A stretch of 64,000 nt of DNA from Candidatus Hermodarchaeota archaeon (GTDB lineage Archaea > Asgardarchaeota > Lokiarchaeia > Sigyniarchaeales > SOKP01). The stretch lies in assembly GCA_048885525.1 (NCBI GenBank), contig JBHLLP010000007.1:32001-96000 (forward strand). The letters run 5' to 3'. Position numbers and translations under genes: made by a program. Of the stretch, positions 10,172-20,679 are shown one piece after another (within the stretch, counting starts at the first letter, position 1; every line of letters starts with the position of its first letter). The notes under the pieces are model-generated. The model was not told where the DNA came from and did not search any database. It was given only the letters and a program-made list of their open reading frames with translations.

Positions 10172-10582
10172 ATGAATGGAAATGATAATAAATACAATAA
10201 GTTGGAAAATAACATTATATATATAAAAGAGAATTTTAAGAAAAAAGGAAAAGAATATGGTATTATGAAATTAAATAAAAGACAAATTAACGCACTAGTA
10301 GAATGCATAGATTTACAATCTGTATCTCCTTTAATTTCTCCAAAATTTAGTCAAAGAATTGAACAATTTCTATTACCTCGAATTGATGAGATAAGTAGTA
10401 TAATATATTCATTAAAACCATTTCCAGAGGAGTTAGGAATTGAAATATCAAAAGAAAATTATACCGATATTCTTAAAGGTCTTACTTTTAGTAATGTTCT
10501 GATTGGATTAAAGGATAGGGGTTATAATGCTGAAGAATTAAATGCAGCACTTAAAAAAATAATATTTTATAAATATAAATAA
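10172..10582 (+). CDS. Hypothetical protein
   Basis: 136-aa ORF downstream of mobA on the same strand; no recognisable motif. Confidence 0.6.
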   Translation: MNGNDNKYNKLENNIIYIKENFKKKGKEYGIMKLNKRQINALVECIDLQSVSPLISPKFSQRIEQFLLPRIDEISSIIYSLKPFPEELGIEISKENYTDILKGLTFSNVLIGLKDRGYNAEELNAALKKIIFYKYK

Positions 10583-10852
10583 ATTTTTTAAATCTTCAAA
10601 AATTTTTTTCAAATCAAATCTCTACTTCTCTAATAATATATGTTTTTGTTATCTAAGTATTGTAAAATATTAAAAAATAAAAGATATTCAATATTTTTGG
10701 TACATTAATAAACTAAATTATTTGAAGCTATTTTTTAATATTTCCATATACAAATTATATAAGTTAAATTTATATAGCTGATACTACAATTAGAATATTC
10801 AAGATAGTTACTTATTTTTAGTAATTATATTCCGTGAAAAGTGATATTGTAA

Positions 10853-11770
10853 ATGAAAGATTATAGAGAAAAATTGAATCCGAAAGAAAAAACAGAAGAT
10901 AAATGTTGTGAGGACCCTTGTATCGCTCTTAAAGGAGGTAATAAAGTCTGTTTGAATTGTGGATTGGTATTAGATATTCATTTAGTTGAAAATGAAAGAA
11001 GGGCTTATAACAAAGAAGAAATTGAACATAGAAAACAGAATGAGCCTAGATGGAGAGAATTTGGATCCAGAACTGTGCTTCCTAATCACAAATTAGATTA
11101 TAAAGGACATTATCTTAATGCTGAAAAGAAGACTATGTTTTTGCGTTTATCCAAAATTCAAAACTCTTTAATTTCAAGCATAGAAAGAAATTTTTGGGAA
11201 GCAAAACCAAAAATGAACCAACTTACTTCAAAATTAAATATTCCTGAATATATTAATGAAACTGCATGGAAAATTTATTCTCTCGCAGCTAAAAAAAAAT
11301 TAACAATGGGACGCTCAATTGAGGCATTTATTTCTGCTTCTTTATATGTTGCTATTAGGTTCCATGAATTTCCAAAGGTATTAGAAGAAATTAGTGATGC
11401 TGCTTTGGTTCCCCGAAAATCTATAATACATTCATTAAGTTTACTTCTTAAAGAGATTTTACCTGAATTAAACCTTAGTTATAAACCGATTAGTATTAAA
11501 CAATTAATATTCAAATTTGGAAATGAACTAGGGCTTCCAATAGAAATCCAGAAGAATGCTTTACATTTAGTTTCTATTACATCCAAGAAGGGACTCCCGC
11601 TAATAGGTAAAGATCCAAAGGGACTTGCTGCTTCAGCTATTTATTTAGCAGCAAAATCGACTAATAAAAAGATGACCCAAATTGAAGTTGCCAAAGCTGC
11701 TAAAATAACAGAAGTTACCTTAAGATCACGAATAAAAGATTTTAAAAACAAACTTGCTTTAGTTGAGTAA
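10853..11770 (+). CDS. tfb: Transcription initiation factor IIB (TFB paralog)
   Basis: N-terminal Zn ribbon (CCEDPC..VCLNCGLV) and two cyclin repeats with MGRSIEAFISASLY and GKDPKGLAASAIY..TQIEVAKAAKITEVTLRSR. Confidence 0.92.
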   Translation: MKDYREKLNPKEKTEDKCCEDPCIALKGGNKVCLNCGLVLDIHLVENERRAYNKEEIEHRKQNEPRWREFGSRTVLPNHKLDYKGHYLNAEKKTMFLRLSKIQNSLISSIERNFWEAKPKMNQLTSKLNIPEYINETAWKIYSLAAKKKLTMGRSIEAFISASLYVAIRFHEFPKVLEEISDAALVPRKSIIHSLSLLLKEILPELNLSYKPISIKQLIFKFGNELGLPIEIQKNALHLVSITSKKGLPLIGKDPKGLAASAIYLAAKSTNKKMTQIEVAKAAKITEVTLRSRIKDFKNKLALVE

Positions 11771-11877
11771 GCAGATAACTCTTGATTTAAAAATTTTTAT
11801 AGACTTATTTTCCTTAAAAAAATCAACTTACTAGTAGTTTAAAAATTGAAAACAAAATAATAAAATAGGTTGAAAAG

Positions 11878-12465
11878 ATGACTATTTTTATTGCTTTGAT
11901 GGAAAATCCATTTTTTTCTCTTATTATTTTACCTTTTTTGATATTTATTGCTCGCGTTTTTGATGTTACACTTGGAACTTTAAGAATAGTTTTTATATCC
12001 CAAGGTAGAAGCAAATTAGCCCCAATTGTTGGTTTTTTTGAAATATTCATTTGGTTATTAGCAATGGGTCAAATTTTCAGTAACTTAACAAATTTTATTT
12101 ATTATTTTGCCTATGCTGCAGGCTTTGCCATGGGTAACTATGTGGGATTAAAAGTCGAAAGTAAAATATCTTTAGGTCTATTAAGTCTACAATTGATCAT
12201 TAGAGATAATCCCGAAAAATTAATAGGCTTATTAAAAGATAATGGTTATAGCTTAACCACAATGTCTGCCGAAGGACCAAAAGGTATAGTTAAATTAGTA
12301 TTACTAATTATTAAACGTAAAAATCTACCAAAAATCCTAGAACTTATACGACAAAATAATCCTAAAGCATTTATTTCAATTGAACAAGTAAAATCTGTAA
12401 GGGGGGGTAACTTTCCTTCACGTTCAAAAACTAGATGGGAACTTTTTAGTAGAAGAAAAAGATAA
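11878..12465 (+). CDS. UPF0316 / DUF5698-DUF2179 membrane protein
   Basis: ARVFDVTLGTLR, GFFEIFIW, YAAGFAMGNYVG, and a C-terminal soluble domain ending in PKAFI. Confidence 0.85.
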   Translation: MTIFIALMENPFFSLIILPFLIFIARVFDVTLGTLRIVFISQGRSKLAPIVGFFEIFIWLLAMGQIFSNLTNFIYYFAYAAGFAMGNYVGLKVESKISLGLLSLQLIIRDNPEKLIGLLKDNGYSLTTMSAEGPKGIVKLVLLIIKRKNLPKILELIRQNNPKAFISIEQVKSVRGGNFPSRSKTRWELFSRRKR

Positions 12466-12722
12466 TGGATTTAATAATTAAAATATACCAATCTAATCTT
12501 CTTAAATATTGATGAAATTAGATTGATGTCATTAAAAACCATTTAATATCGGTTACTGTACAAAAATAATAAATAGTGTTAATAGGTTTTTTCTATTATT
12601 ACCTCTAATTTAAATCCATGAAGAATTGGCTAGTCTTCATTTTTTTGATGTAAAAATATTATTTACAGAATCGATGATAAAAATAGTAATTGTTAATTTA
12701 CTTGACAAATATCATTAAATAA

Positions 12723-15023
12723 ATGATAATTGAGGAATTTAGATTTTCAGATAAAAAAATTTCTCTTGAAAAAAGAGATCAAATTAGCTCTTCCTATAAA
12801 ATTACTTCATATAAAAAAAAATTAACATACATGGAAGAAAAGAAAATTCCTCAAAGAAATTTAAATGATGTTCTTACTCATTTTTTCAATATTAATAAAA
12901 ATATCTCGAATAAAACAAAAAATTCAATATCTAAAATTATTTATTCTCAAAATGATAGAATCTTAATTTTAATTACTCATTTTGGAAAAGAAATTATCTT
13001 AAATCGAGATAGATTGATTAAAGACTATGGATGGTTTTTCTTCATAGAAAAATCTGATAAAAAAGAAAAAAAATTAAAAAAAAAGAAACCAAAAGAAAAA
13101 AAAGAAGCGCGAAAAGAAGAAATTACTATTAGTAAAGAAGAATTTCATTTTGAAGATTTAAAAGTTTCTGTAAAACAAAAAGAGAATATGAGGGCATTAT
13201 ATCGTACAAAAGAATATAATCATTACTTAAAATTAATTAAATCCAAAGAATTGTCACAAATTCCTATAAAAGATTTTCTTAATGACTTTTTCTTTAAAGA
13301 TGAGCTAGTACCCGCTGAAGAAAAAAGGGGAATTAGGAAAATTATCTATTATCAAAAAGAAAAGATTATTGTCATTAAATCTTTAGTAGGAGATGAGATG
13401 TATGAAAATTTAAAAAATTTAGTCAAGAAATATGGGTGGTATTTTTATATCACTGGAGTTACTGTAGGAGATAGTGAACTTTGTATGGCAATTGATAAGA
13501 TAGAAAAAAGATTTGATGTTGAATACTTTTCTAATATCTCTCTTAAAATTGCTACTGATAGAGATATTAGAGTAACAATCTATCCCATTGTTCTTAAACC
13601 GAATCATAATTGTCATATTTTAGGATTAGGAAATCTTAACATCATATTAGATTGCGGTCTTTCAGAGAAAGATGAAGAAAATGAAATTGAAGGAGATCTT
13701 CGTCATATAGAAGATTATCTTAAAAATTTACCACTTTATCTCTTAGAAGAAGAAAAAGTCAGAAAAAATATTACAGCAGATGATCAAGATGATATAATTT
13801 TAGAAACAATTCCAAAAAATCCTAAAATAGATGCTATATATCTTTCACATAGTCATTATGATCATGTTTCTGGGTTAAAGGAATTAATTAAATTATATCC
13901 AGATACTCCTATTTTATGTTCTCGAATAACCCTTGATTTATATCTCCTTAGAGATTCAGGCTTTTTAAAACAAGAAAATCATGAGGAAATTGAAGATGAA
14001 GAATATCGAAATATTATTCGAAATATAATTTATGTTGAAAATGGTACTAAAATAGACTTTAAAGAAAAAAATTGTTTTCTTTCATTTTTCCATGGGGGTC
14101 ATATGCCAGGGGCGTTGATGTTATTAGCAAAAACAGACAATTTTAGATTTCTATATACTGGAGATTATACTTACATCGATATTACACCATTTGCAGGTAC
14201 AAGACGTTTTTTAGAACAAATATCCCGTCCTATAGACTATTTACTTATTGATGGTACTGCTGCTCAGGAAGATTTTGGAAACATATCTGATCAATTTCAT
14301 AGTTTAATTTTATTTTTAGAGCAAAAGGCAGAATATGGAGATAATTCTCTAATTGGGGCAGATCCATCAAGTTTGGCTATAAGTTTCATGTTAATCTTTT
14401 GGCGATATTTTAGAAAACTTCAATTACGGCGTGGTTTCAAGAAACGCCCTAATATTTATGTAGATATGATGGTCAGGAGAAATATCCAAGTTATAAATCA
14501 TCGATATGAGTACATTTATGGTCCAATTTCAAGATTAATAAGAGAAAAGGCTAATCCCTTCAATAGTATAAAATTCAGATGGTTTGATCATACTAATTTG
14601 AATTTTCTACGGAAAAAAAATAATATAATTATTTCGCATCCTCCTGATCTTTCATATGGACTAATAAGAAGTATAATTAATGTAGTAGGACGCAATCCTC
14701 ATAATTTTGTGTTTTTAGCAGGTTCGATTCATGAACAACCAGGATTAGATCTAGTAGAAGGGGCTGAAGAAATAGAATTTTCTGAAACATGGAAAATGCC
14801 ATTTAGAGCTTTATTATTAAATAAATTTGCCCCTCACATAAAAATCAAACTCCATGCTGATAAAAATCAATTACGGGAGATGATAAAAGCACTAGAACCA
14901 AAAGAAGTTTGTTTTTTTCATCAATCTGCCAAAAAATTAATTGAAGTTGCAGAATATGTAAAAGAATTGGGTGTAGAAAAAGTATCATTACCAAGAAAAC
15001 GAAAACTTTTGATATTGAATTAA
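12723..15023 (+). CDS. Metallo-beta-lactamase/beta-CASP ribonuclease with a duplicated N-terminal (KH-like) module
   Basis: LDCG, HSHYDH, GHMPG, YTGD and C-terminal HAD..FH motifs. Two related N-terminal segments (KIIY.Q..I.I......L.K.YGW.F.I). Confidence 0.8.
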   Translation: MIIEEFRFSDKKISLEKRDQISSSYKITSYKKKLTYMEEKKIPQRNLNDVLTHFFNINKNISNKTKNSISKIIYSQNDRILILITHFGKEIILNRDRLIKDYGWFFFIEKSDKKEKKLKKKKPKEKKEARKEEITISKEEFHFEDLKVSVKQKENMRALYRTKEYNHYLKLIKSKELSQIPIKDFLNDFFFKDELVPAEEKRGIRKIIYYQKEKIIVIKSLVGDEMYENLKNLVKKYGWYFYITGVTVGDSELCMAIDKIEKRFDVEYFSNISLKIATDRDIRVTIYPIVLKPNHNCHILGLGNLNIILDCGLSEKDEENEIEGDLRHIEDYLKNLPLYLLEEEKVRKNITADDQDDIILETIPKNPKIDAIYLSHSHYDHVSGLKELIKLYPDTPILCSRITLDLYLLRDSGFLKQENHEEIEDEEYRNIIRNIIYVENGTKIDFKEKNCFLSFFHGGHMPGALMLLAKTDNFRFLYTGDYTYIDITPFAGTRRFLEQISRPIDYLLIDGTAAQEDFGNISDQFHSLILFLEQKAEYGDNSLIGADPSSLAISFMLIFWRYFRKLQLRRGFKKRPNIYVDMMVRRNIQVINHRYEYIYGPISRLIREKANPFNSIKFRWFDHTNLNFLRKKNNIIISHPPDLSYGLIRSIINVVGRNPHNFVFLAGSIHEQPGLDLVEGAEEIEFSETWKMPFRALLLNKFAPHIKIKLHADKNQLREMIKALEPKEVCFFHQSAKKLIEVAEYVKELGVEKVSLPRKRKLLILN

Positions 15024-15079
15024 ACAAAAAAACTTTTAGTTAATATTATACTTTTATGCTATAGAGATACAGTATCAAT

Positions 15080-15472
15080 GTGGTGAATAGTATTTATTCT
15101 GAAAAAGTAATGGAACACTTTAGAAATCCCCGAAATATGGGAGAAATGAAAGATGCAGATGCAATTGGGGAGGTAGGTAATCCTGTATGCGGAGATTTAA
15201 TGTATATCTATATAAAAGTTAAAGAAGAAAATGGAAAAGAAATTATTGATGACATCTCCTTTCAAACATTTGGTTGCGCAGCAGCAATTGCGACTTCATC
15301 GATGATAACCGAACTAGCGAAAGGAAAAACTTTGGATGAAGCAATTGAGATTACTCGAGGTGATGTAGCGGATTCTCTGGATGGTTTACCACCTATCAAG
15401 ATGCACTGCAGCAATCTAGCCGCTGATGGATTGCATGACGCGATAAAAAAGTATCGAGAGAAAAAAAAATGA
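15080..15472 (+). CDS. iscU: Fe-S cluster scaffold IscU/NifU
   Basis: YSEKVMEHFRNPRN, GNPVCGD, FGCAAAIA, LPPIKMHCS. Confidence 0.95.
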   Translation: MVNSIYSEKVMEHFRNPRNMGEMKDADAIGEVGNPVCGDLMYIYIKVKEENGKEIIDDISFQTFGCAAAIATSSMITELAKGKTLDEAIEITRGDVADSLDGLPPIKMHCSNLAADGLHDAIKKYREKKK

Positions 15473-15575
15473 AAATTTCAAAAAGCCTATTTTGTTTATT
15501 TTAAGTGGATTTTTTCCAGCATTTTAATCTTCAACATTATACCAGATCATTATATCGATATCAACAAAATTAGTA

Positions 15576-16436
15576 GTGAATAGCTATATGAATTTTAATA
15601 AACCAATTATGGATATAATTCGAGAGCGAACTTCTCGTAGAACCTATTCCGGACAACCACTCGAGAAAGAATTGAAGGAAAAAGTATTCACAATATTGGA
15701 AAATCTTGATTATAGTAGTCCATTCAGTAATTATGCTGGAAATTCGAGATTTGAACTAGTTAGTGTTCCAGAATTTGATCCAGGTGAAAAGAAAAAATTG
15801 GGGACCTATGGACTGATTAAGGGAGCGCAAGACTTTATTGTAGGTGCTGTTGAAAAATCCAAGTTTGAACGTGAGCATTTTGGATACCAAATGGAAACAA
15901 TCATATTAAAAGCTACAGATCTAGGTTTAGGGACTTGTTGGTTGGGAGGTTTCTTTAATAAAAGTCTTTTTTCAGCAAAAATAAATATTAGTTCGAATGA
16001 AATTGTTCCTGCTATTACACCTATTGGTTATCCTATTCAAAGAACAATAAAAGAAAAAGTAGTCCGTTCATTCGTTAAAGCCAATAAGCGATTCTCTTGG
16101 GATCGTTTATTTTTTGATGGGAATTTAAATACTCCACTTTCTAGTGGAGAATTAGGAAAATATTCAGAAATGCTTGAAATGGTTAGGCTTGGTCCTTCTG
16201 CCGCTAATAAACAACCTTGGAGAATTATAAAAGGATTAAACAAGAATATATTTCACTTTTATATAGTGAAAACTAAGTCAAGTTATAGTAAATTCCCACC
16301 TTTGGATATCGGAATAGCGGTATGCCACTTTGATCTTACAGCAAAAGAATTAGGAATCAATGGAACCTGGTTGTTTAAGAATCCTCAAATCTTAGGAACA
16401 GAAGATCTTTCTTACGTTATATCCTGGTCAGGATAG
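15576..16436 (+). CDS. Nitroreductase family protein
   Basis: RTSRRTY, LGLGTCWLGG, PSAANKQPW, LDIGIAVCHF (two-domain nitroreductase). Confidence 0.88.
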   Translation: MNSYMNFNKPIMDIIRERTSRRTYSGQPLEKELKEKVFTILENLDYSSPFSNYAGNSRFELVSVPEFDPGEKKKLGTYGLIKGAQDFIVGAVEKSKFEREHFGYQMETIILKATDLGLGTCWLGGFFNKSLFSAKINISSNEIVPAITPIGYPIQRTIKEKVVRSFVKANKRFSWDRLFFDGNLNTPLSSGELGKYSEMLEMVRLGPSAANKQPWRIIKGLNKNIFHFYIVKTKSSYSKFPPLDIGIAVCHFDLTAKELGINGTWLFKNPQILGTEDLSYVISWSG

Positions 16437-16457
16437 ATTCATGTAGGATCATTAAAT

Positions 16458-16901
16458 CTATTCTTTCAATTGAGAAGATTTATATGCTTTTGCGCAATGT
16501 TTACAACAAAAATGCAACTTCTTTCCATTGATCGTTTCTGTATAATAATCTTCATAAAGTTTCACTCCACAACTAGCACAAATTTCTAATTTTGATTGTA
16601 TTGCTACTTCAATTAGATTATCAAATCTTGTGAAAATTCTATCTATAAATTCTATTCCTTCCAAAGTTAATTTATATCCTTTTGACCTTTTCGATTGTTT
16701 TGTTCTGATTTCTTCAATATATCCCTCTTCTTTAAGCTTTTTTAAAAAATCATAGACATATGTTGGACTAGCAGTTTTTTCTAAATCTTTTTTTAATCTA
16801 TCAAGAATGTAATAACCAGTAACTTGTTCTTTTGATTTTAACAAAACTAATGCATATAATTTTGTTAGGTTTTGAACTTTTAAGTCTCCATCTTTGGGCA
16901 T
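16458..16901 (-). CDS. PadR-like wHTH regulator with a C-terminal TRASH/YHS metal-binding domain
   Basis: TGYYIL..YVYDFLKKLKEEGYI..YKLT winged helix, then CASCG...HFCCKHC. Divergent from the copA locus. Confidence 0.82.
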   Translation of the reverse strand: MPKDGDLKVQNLTKLYALVLLKSKEQVTGYYILDRLKKDLEKTASPTYVYDFLKKLKEEGYIEEIRTKQSKRSKGYKLTLEGIEFIDRIFTRFDNLIEVAIQSKLEICASCGVKLYEDYYTETINGKKLHFCCKHCAKAYKSSQLKE

Positions 16902-16981
16902 TTCAGATCATTTATACCAATTTTTATATTTAATTTATAAAAAAAAATACTAATATTTAAATATATATCTTTTAGTATATA

Positions 16982-16993
16982 TACTCAAGAGTA
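16982..16993. promoter_or_regulatory. Palindromic candidate operator TACTC-aa-GAGTA
   Basis: Perfect 5-2-5 inverted repeat in the 121-bp spacer between the divergent regulator and the cop genes, next to TATA-like TATATA tracts. Confidence 0.45.
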
Positions 16994-17022
16994 ATATATT
17001 TATAGAATTTCGAGTTGATGAA

Positions 17023-17352
17023 ATGTTATTTGATGAAAACCATTTTGGACACTACATGATGGATTGGGAATTTGGTAATTGGTTTTATTTGATTTTAAGC
17101 GTGGGTGTAATATTTTTACTTATACTAATTGTGTTATATCTAATTATTAAAAAGAATTTCGATGTTAATCCAGTTAAGAATTCAGCATTTAAGAGTATTG
17201 AATCAAGCGATAGTAAAACTTATTTAGAATATAATGATCAAACAAAAAATCAAAAATTTTCATATTGTTACAATTGTGGAAAAAAACTTGGGACTGATTC
17301 ATCAAAATTTTGTCCATATTGCGGGATGGGACTGCAAAGTGAAATTTTATAA
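17023..17352 (+). CDS. Single-pass membrane protein with a C-terminal double zinc-ribbon
   Basis: His/Met N-terminus (HFGHYMM), one TM helix, CYNCG...FCPYCG. Confidence 0.75.
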   Translation: MLFDENHFGHYMMDWEFGNWFYLILSVGVIFLLILIVLYLIIKKNFDVNPVKNSAFKSIESSDSKTYLEYNDQTKNQKFSYCYNCGKKLGTDSSKFCPYCGMGLQSEIL

Positions 17353-17471
17353 AATAATTGAATAAAAATGAATTAATACGAAACCAAAAGAAGGAAATAA
17401 TTTACAATCTATAAACAAAAGGTATATTTATCAAATTTATAATAAAAAATATAGTAGATTGGTGATAATAA

Positions 17472-20375
17472 ATGACAGAAACTAAAGAAAATGTGAATAT
17501 AAAACTTGGTGGAATGACATGTGCAAACTGTGCATTAAAAATCGAAACAAAGTTGAATACTCTTGAGGGTGTTAACACTGCAGTGGTCAACTTTGCTAAT
17601 GAGGAAGCAACAGTAGAATATGATCCAAAAACAACTGATTTCACAGCTTTTAAAGAAGCAATTCGAGATCTTGGATATAAAGCTACCTTAGCTAAAATTG
17701 ACTTGAAAATAATGGATGCAGTCACAGAAAGTGATTTTGAGGAATTTATCGATAAAATAAAGAATATCAAGGGAATTTATGATGTAAGAGGCAATTATAA
17801 AGCTTCTAAGATGTTTATTGAATTCAATGAATTGATAATTGATGAAAATGGAGTTTATTCAAAAATAAAGCAATTGGGTTATCATATCGAAAAATCTGCT
17901 GGGGTAATGGATATGGAGATCATAAAACATAAAAAAGAAATGCGCTATCGCTTACGTATAATGTTAATCTCCCTTATGTTTTCATTGATAATCACACCAA
18001 TTAGTTGGTTTTTAGTAGAATCTTCTGAAAAAAATTTGATTCTTTTCTTTTTTGCCATGGGTAACTACCTTATTTGTAGCTCATTTTTTATCAAAGGGGC
18101 CTATAAATCAATAAAAAATAAATCTACAAATATGGATGTATTAGTTACATTAGGAACAACTACAGCTTTGGTTTATTCAATTTTAGCAACCTTTTTCATT
18201 CAAGGAAAGACATTTTATGAGGCAATGAGTATGATTACTACTTTTTTACTAATAGGGAAGTATCTTGAGCACAAAACTAAAGGTCAAACCTCTGAAGCTA
18301 TAAAAAAATTAATAGGTTTACAACCAAAAACTGCTACTTTGTTGAAAGATGGTACCGAAATTGAAATTCCTATTGAAGAAATAGAAGTTGGCGATGTTAT
18401 TGTAGTGAGACCAGGTGAAAAAATACCGGTTGATGGCAAAGTCATCGATGGTAAAACTAAAGTTGATGAATCAATGATTACTGGTGAGAGTAAATATGTT
18501 AAGAAAGGAGTAAATAGTGAAGTAATTGGCGCTACAGTGAATCAAACAGGACTTATTCATATAGAAACCGAAAAAATCGGAAAAGATACATTACTTTTTC
18601 AAATCATTGATTTTGTAAAACAAGCTCAAGGTCGAAAAGCTGCCAAACAAAAATTAGCTGATACAGTAAGTAATTATTTTGTACCTGCTGTGATTCTTAT
18701 AGCAATTTCTGCATTTATATATTGGTTCTTTATTGGTACTACTATATATCCTCCACCAATGGGGATGACAACACTTGAGTTTTCACTTCAAGTGTTTACC
18801 GCAATAGTTGTTATTGCTTGTCCATGTGCTCTCGGATTAGCTATCCCTACAGCTGTAATGGTTGGAACTGGTAAGGGTGCTGAAAATGGACTGCTTATCA
18901 AAGGAGGAGACTCATTAGAATCAATTAACAATGTGAATACCATTGTATTTGATAAGACTGGAACATTAACAGTAGGAAAACCAAAAGTATCAATAATTTT
19001 TTCTGAATCTGAATTGAAAGGATTAGGATATAATGAAGAACAAATGTTATTTTTTGCTGGAAGTGCTGAACTAGGTTCTGAACACCCTCTTGGTAGAGCT
19101 ATTATTGAGGAAGCAAACCAAAGAGGAATTTCACTCAAAACTCCTATAGAATTTGATGCAGTTCCAGGTAAAGGTCTAAAATCTTTAATAGAAGGGACAC
19201 AGATTCTAATCGGAAACGAAAAATTAATGGATGAATATAAATTAATCATTGAGGAAGATTATCAGAATAAATTTCACGAACTTCAGAAACAAGGAATTAC
19301 AACAATACTCGTGGGTATTGAAAATCAAGTTAAGGGTATTATAGGTATCTCAGATAAAGTTAAAGAACAAGCACCTTACGCGCTAAATAAGTTAAGAGAA
19401 AATGGAATTGATATATATATGATTACTGGAGATAATATGCAAACTGCCCTTAGCATTGGAAACCAATTAAAAATCGATAAAGAACACATATTAGCCGAAG
19501 TATTACCAAATGATAAGGCATTAAACGTAGAAAAACTTCAACATTCTGGAAAAAATAGAATAGTTGCAATGGTTGGTGATGGAATTAATGATGCTCCTGC
19601 TTTAGCCCAAGCTGATGTTGGAATAGCAATTGGTTCGGGCACTGATGTTGCAATAGAAACTGCAGATATAGTCTTAATGCGAGGAGATTTAAGAAATGTT
19701 GTATCAGCAATCAATCTTTCGAAAAAAACATATAAAAAAATGATAACAAATCTATTTTGGGCATTTATTTATAATTTGTTAGGGATTCCTCTTGCAGCTG
19801 GTGTTATATATGGATTTACTGGATTTCTATTACCCCCATATATGGCGGCAGTATTTATGGCAACTAGTTCTGTATCCGTAGTAACTAACGCTTTATTCCT
19901 TAAAAGATATGAACCAAAAACTCCTCAACAAATTGAGGAAGAAAGATTATTAATCTCTCAAGAAAAAGTAAGAGATCCAGTATGTGGAATGGAAATTGAT
20001 CCTAGAAAGGCAATTGAATATGAATATAAAGGTAAAATTTATCACTTTTGCAGTCCAAATTGTGAAATTCATTTTAAACGAGATCCTGAAAGATTTAAAA
20101 ATTATGATGCAATGAATCCCAAACTTATGCAATTAAAAAGTCCTGAAGAAGGTAAAAAAGAAGAAATTGAAAATAACAAAATACAGAAAAAAGAGGAGGT
20201 AAAAAAAATGGGAAAATTAAAATGTGTGGAATGTGGATTAGAGCAAGATCTTCCAATGCATTGTGGTCAAGCAATGCATAAAGAAGGTAATCAATTAGTT
20301 TGTTGGATGGGAGCTAGTTGTGGAGCTCAACCAATTCCAGAACATCATGGTAAACAAATGGAAGTTATAGAATAA
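17472..20375 (+). CDS. copA: Cu(I)-translocating P1B-type ATPase with C-terminal YHS and Cys/His-rich extension
   Basis: GMTCANC heavy-metal domain, [26 protein letters not shown] and M..SS TM motifs, DPVCGM..FCSPNC YHS domain. Confidence 0.95.
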   Translation: MTETKENVNIKLGGMTCANCALKIETKLNTLEGVNTAVVNFANEEATVEYDPKTTDFTAFKEAIRDLGYKATLAKIDLKIMDAVTESDFEEFIDKIKNIKGIYDVRGNYKASKMFIEFNELIIDENGVYSKIKQLGYHIEKSAGVMDMEIIKHKKEMRYRLRIMLISLMFSLIITPISWFLVESSEKNLILFFFAMGNYLICSSFFIKGAYKSIKNKSTNMDVLVTLGTTTALVYSILATFFIQGKTFYEAMSMITTFLLIGKYLEHKTKGQTSEAIKKLIGLQPKTATLLKDGTEIEIPIEEIEVGDVIVVRPGEKIPVDGKVIDGKTKVDESMITGESKYVKKGVNSEVIGATVNQTGLIHIETEKIGKDTLLFQIIDFVKQAQGRKAAKQKLADTVSNYFVPAVILIAISAFIYWFFIGTTIYPPPMGMTTLEFSLQVFTAIVVIACPCALGLAIPTAVMVGTGKGAENGLLIKGGDSLESINNVNTIVFDKTGTLTVGKPKVSIIFSESELKGLGYNEEQMLFFAGSAELGSEHPLGRAIIEEANQRGISLKTPIEFDAVPGKGLKSLIEGTQILIGNEKLMDEYKLIIEEDYQNKFHELQKQGITTILVGIENQVKGIIGISDKVKEQAPYALNKLRENGIDIYMITGDNMQTALSIGNQLKIDKEHILAEVLPNDKALNVEKLQHSGKNRIVAMVGDGINDAPALAQADVGIAIGSGTDVAIETADIVLMRGDLRNVVSAINLSKKTYKKMITNLFWAFIYNLLGIPLAAGVIYGFTGFLLPPYMAAVFMATSSVSVVTNALFLKRYEPKTPQQIEEERLLISQEKVRDPVCGMEIDPRKAIEYEYKGKIYHFCSPNCEIHFKRDPERFKNYDAMNPKLMQLKSPEEGKKEEIENNKIQKKEEVKKMGKLKCVECGLEQDLPMHCGQAMHKEGNQLVCWMGASCGAQPIPEHHGKQMEVIE
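20208..20375 (+). CDS. Putative independently translated 55-aa Cys/His metalloprotein nested in frame at the 3' end of copA
   Basis: Strong SD GAGGAGGT (20193-20200) 7 nt before an in-frame ATG. Product [55 protein letters not shown]. Confidence 0.55.
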   Translation: MGKLKCVECGLEQDLPMHCGQAMHKEGNQLVCWMGASCGAQPIPEHHGKQMEVIE

Positions 20376-20394
20376 AACCGTAATAAAAAACGGA

Positions 20395-20586
20395 GTGAAT
20401 ATTGATAAATTGAAATTGAATTGTTGTATTTGCGGGAATTTAATGCAAACACTTCCCAATAGTAGCCAAGATATTATTATTGATGATGAGACGGGTGAAA
20501 TATTATATTGGAACGGAGAAAAATGTGGTTACAGACCAATTGATTGTTTTGTCTGTGAGAAGTGTCAAGCAAAAGAGTGTTTATAA
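20395..20586 (+). CDS. Small Cys-rich metal-binding protein
   Basis: CCICG...LP...YWNGEKCG..PI..CEKC; shares its pattern with the copA C-terminal 55 aa. Confidence 0.7.
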   Translation: MNIDKLKLNCCICGNLMQTLPNSSQDIIIDDETGEILYWNGEKCGYRPIDCFVCEKCQAKECL

Positions 20587-20679
20587 ATTTTTTTTTAATT
20601 TTTTTTTTCATAAATAACAATTATTAAAGCAAACTCTACTTATTTAAGCTCAAGTATATAATGAATAACTTGATGCATA

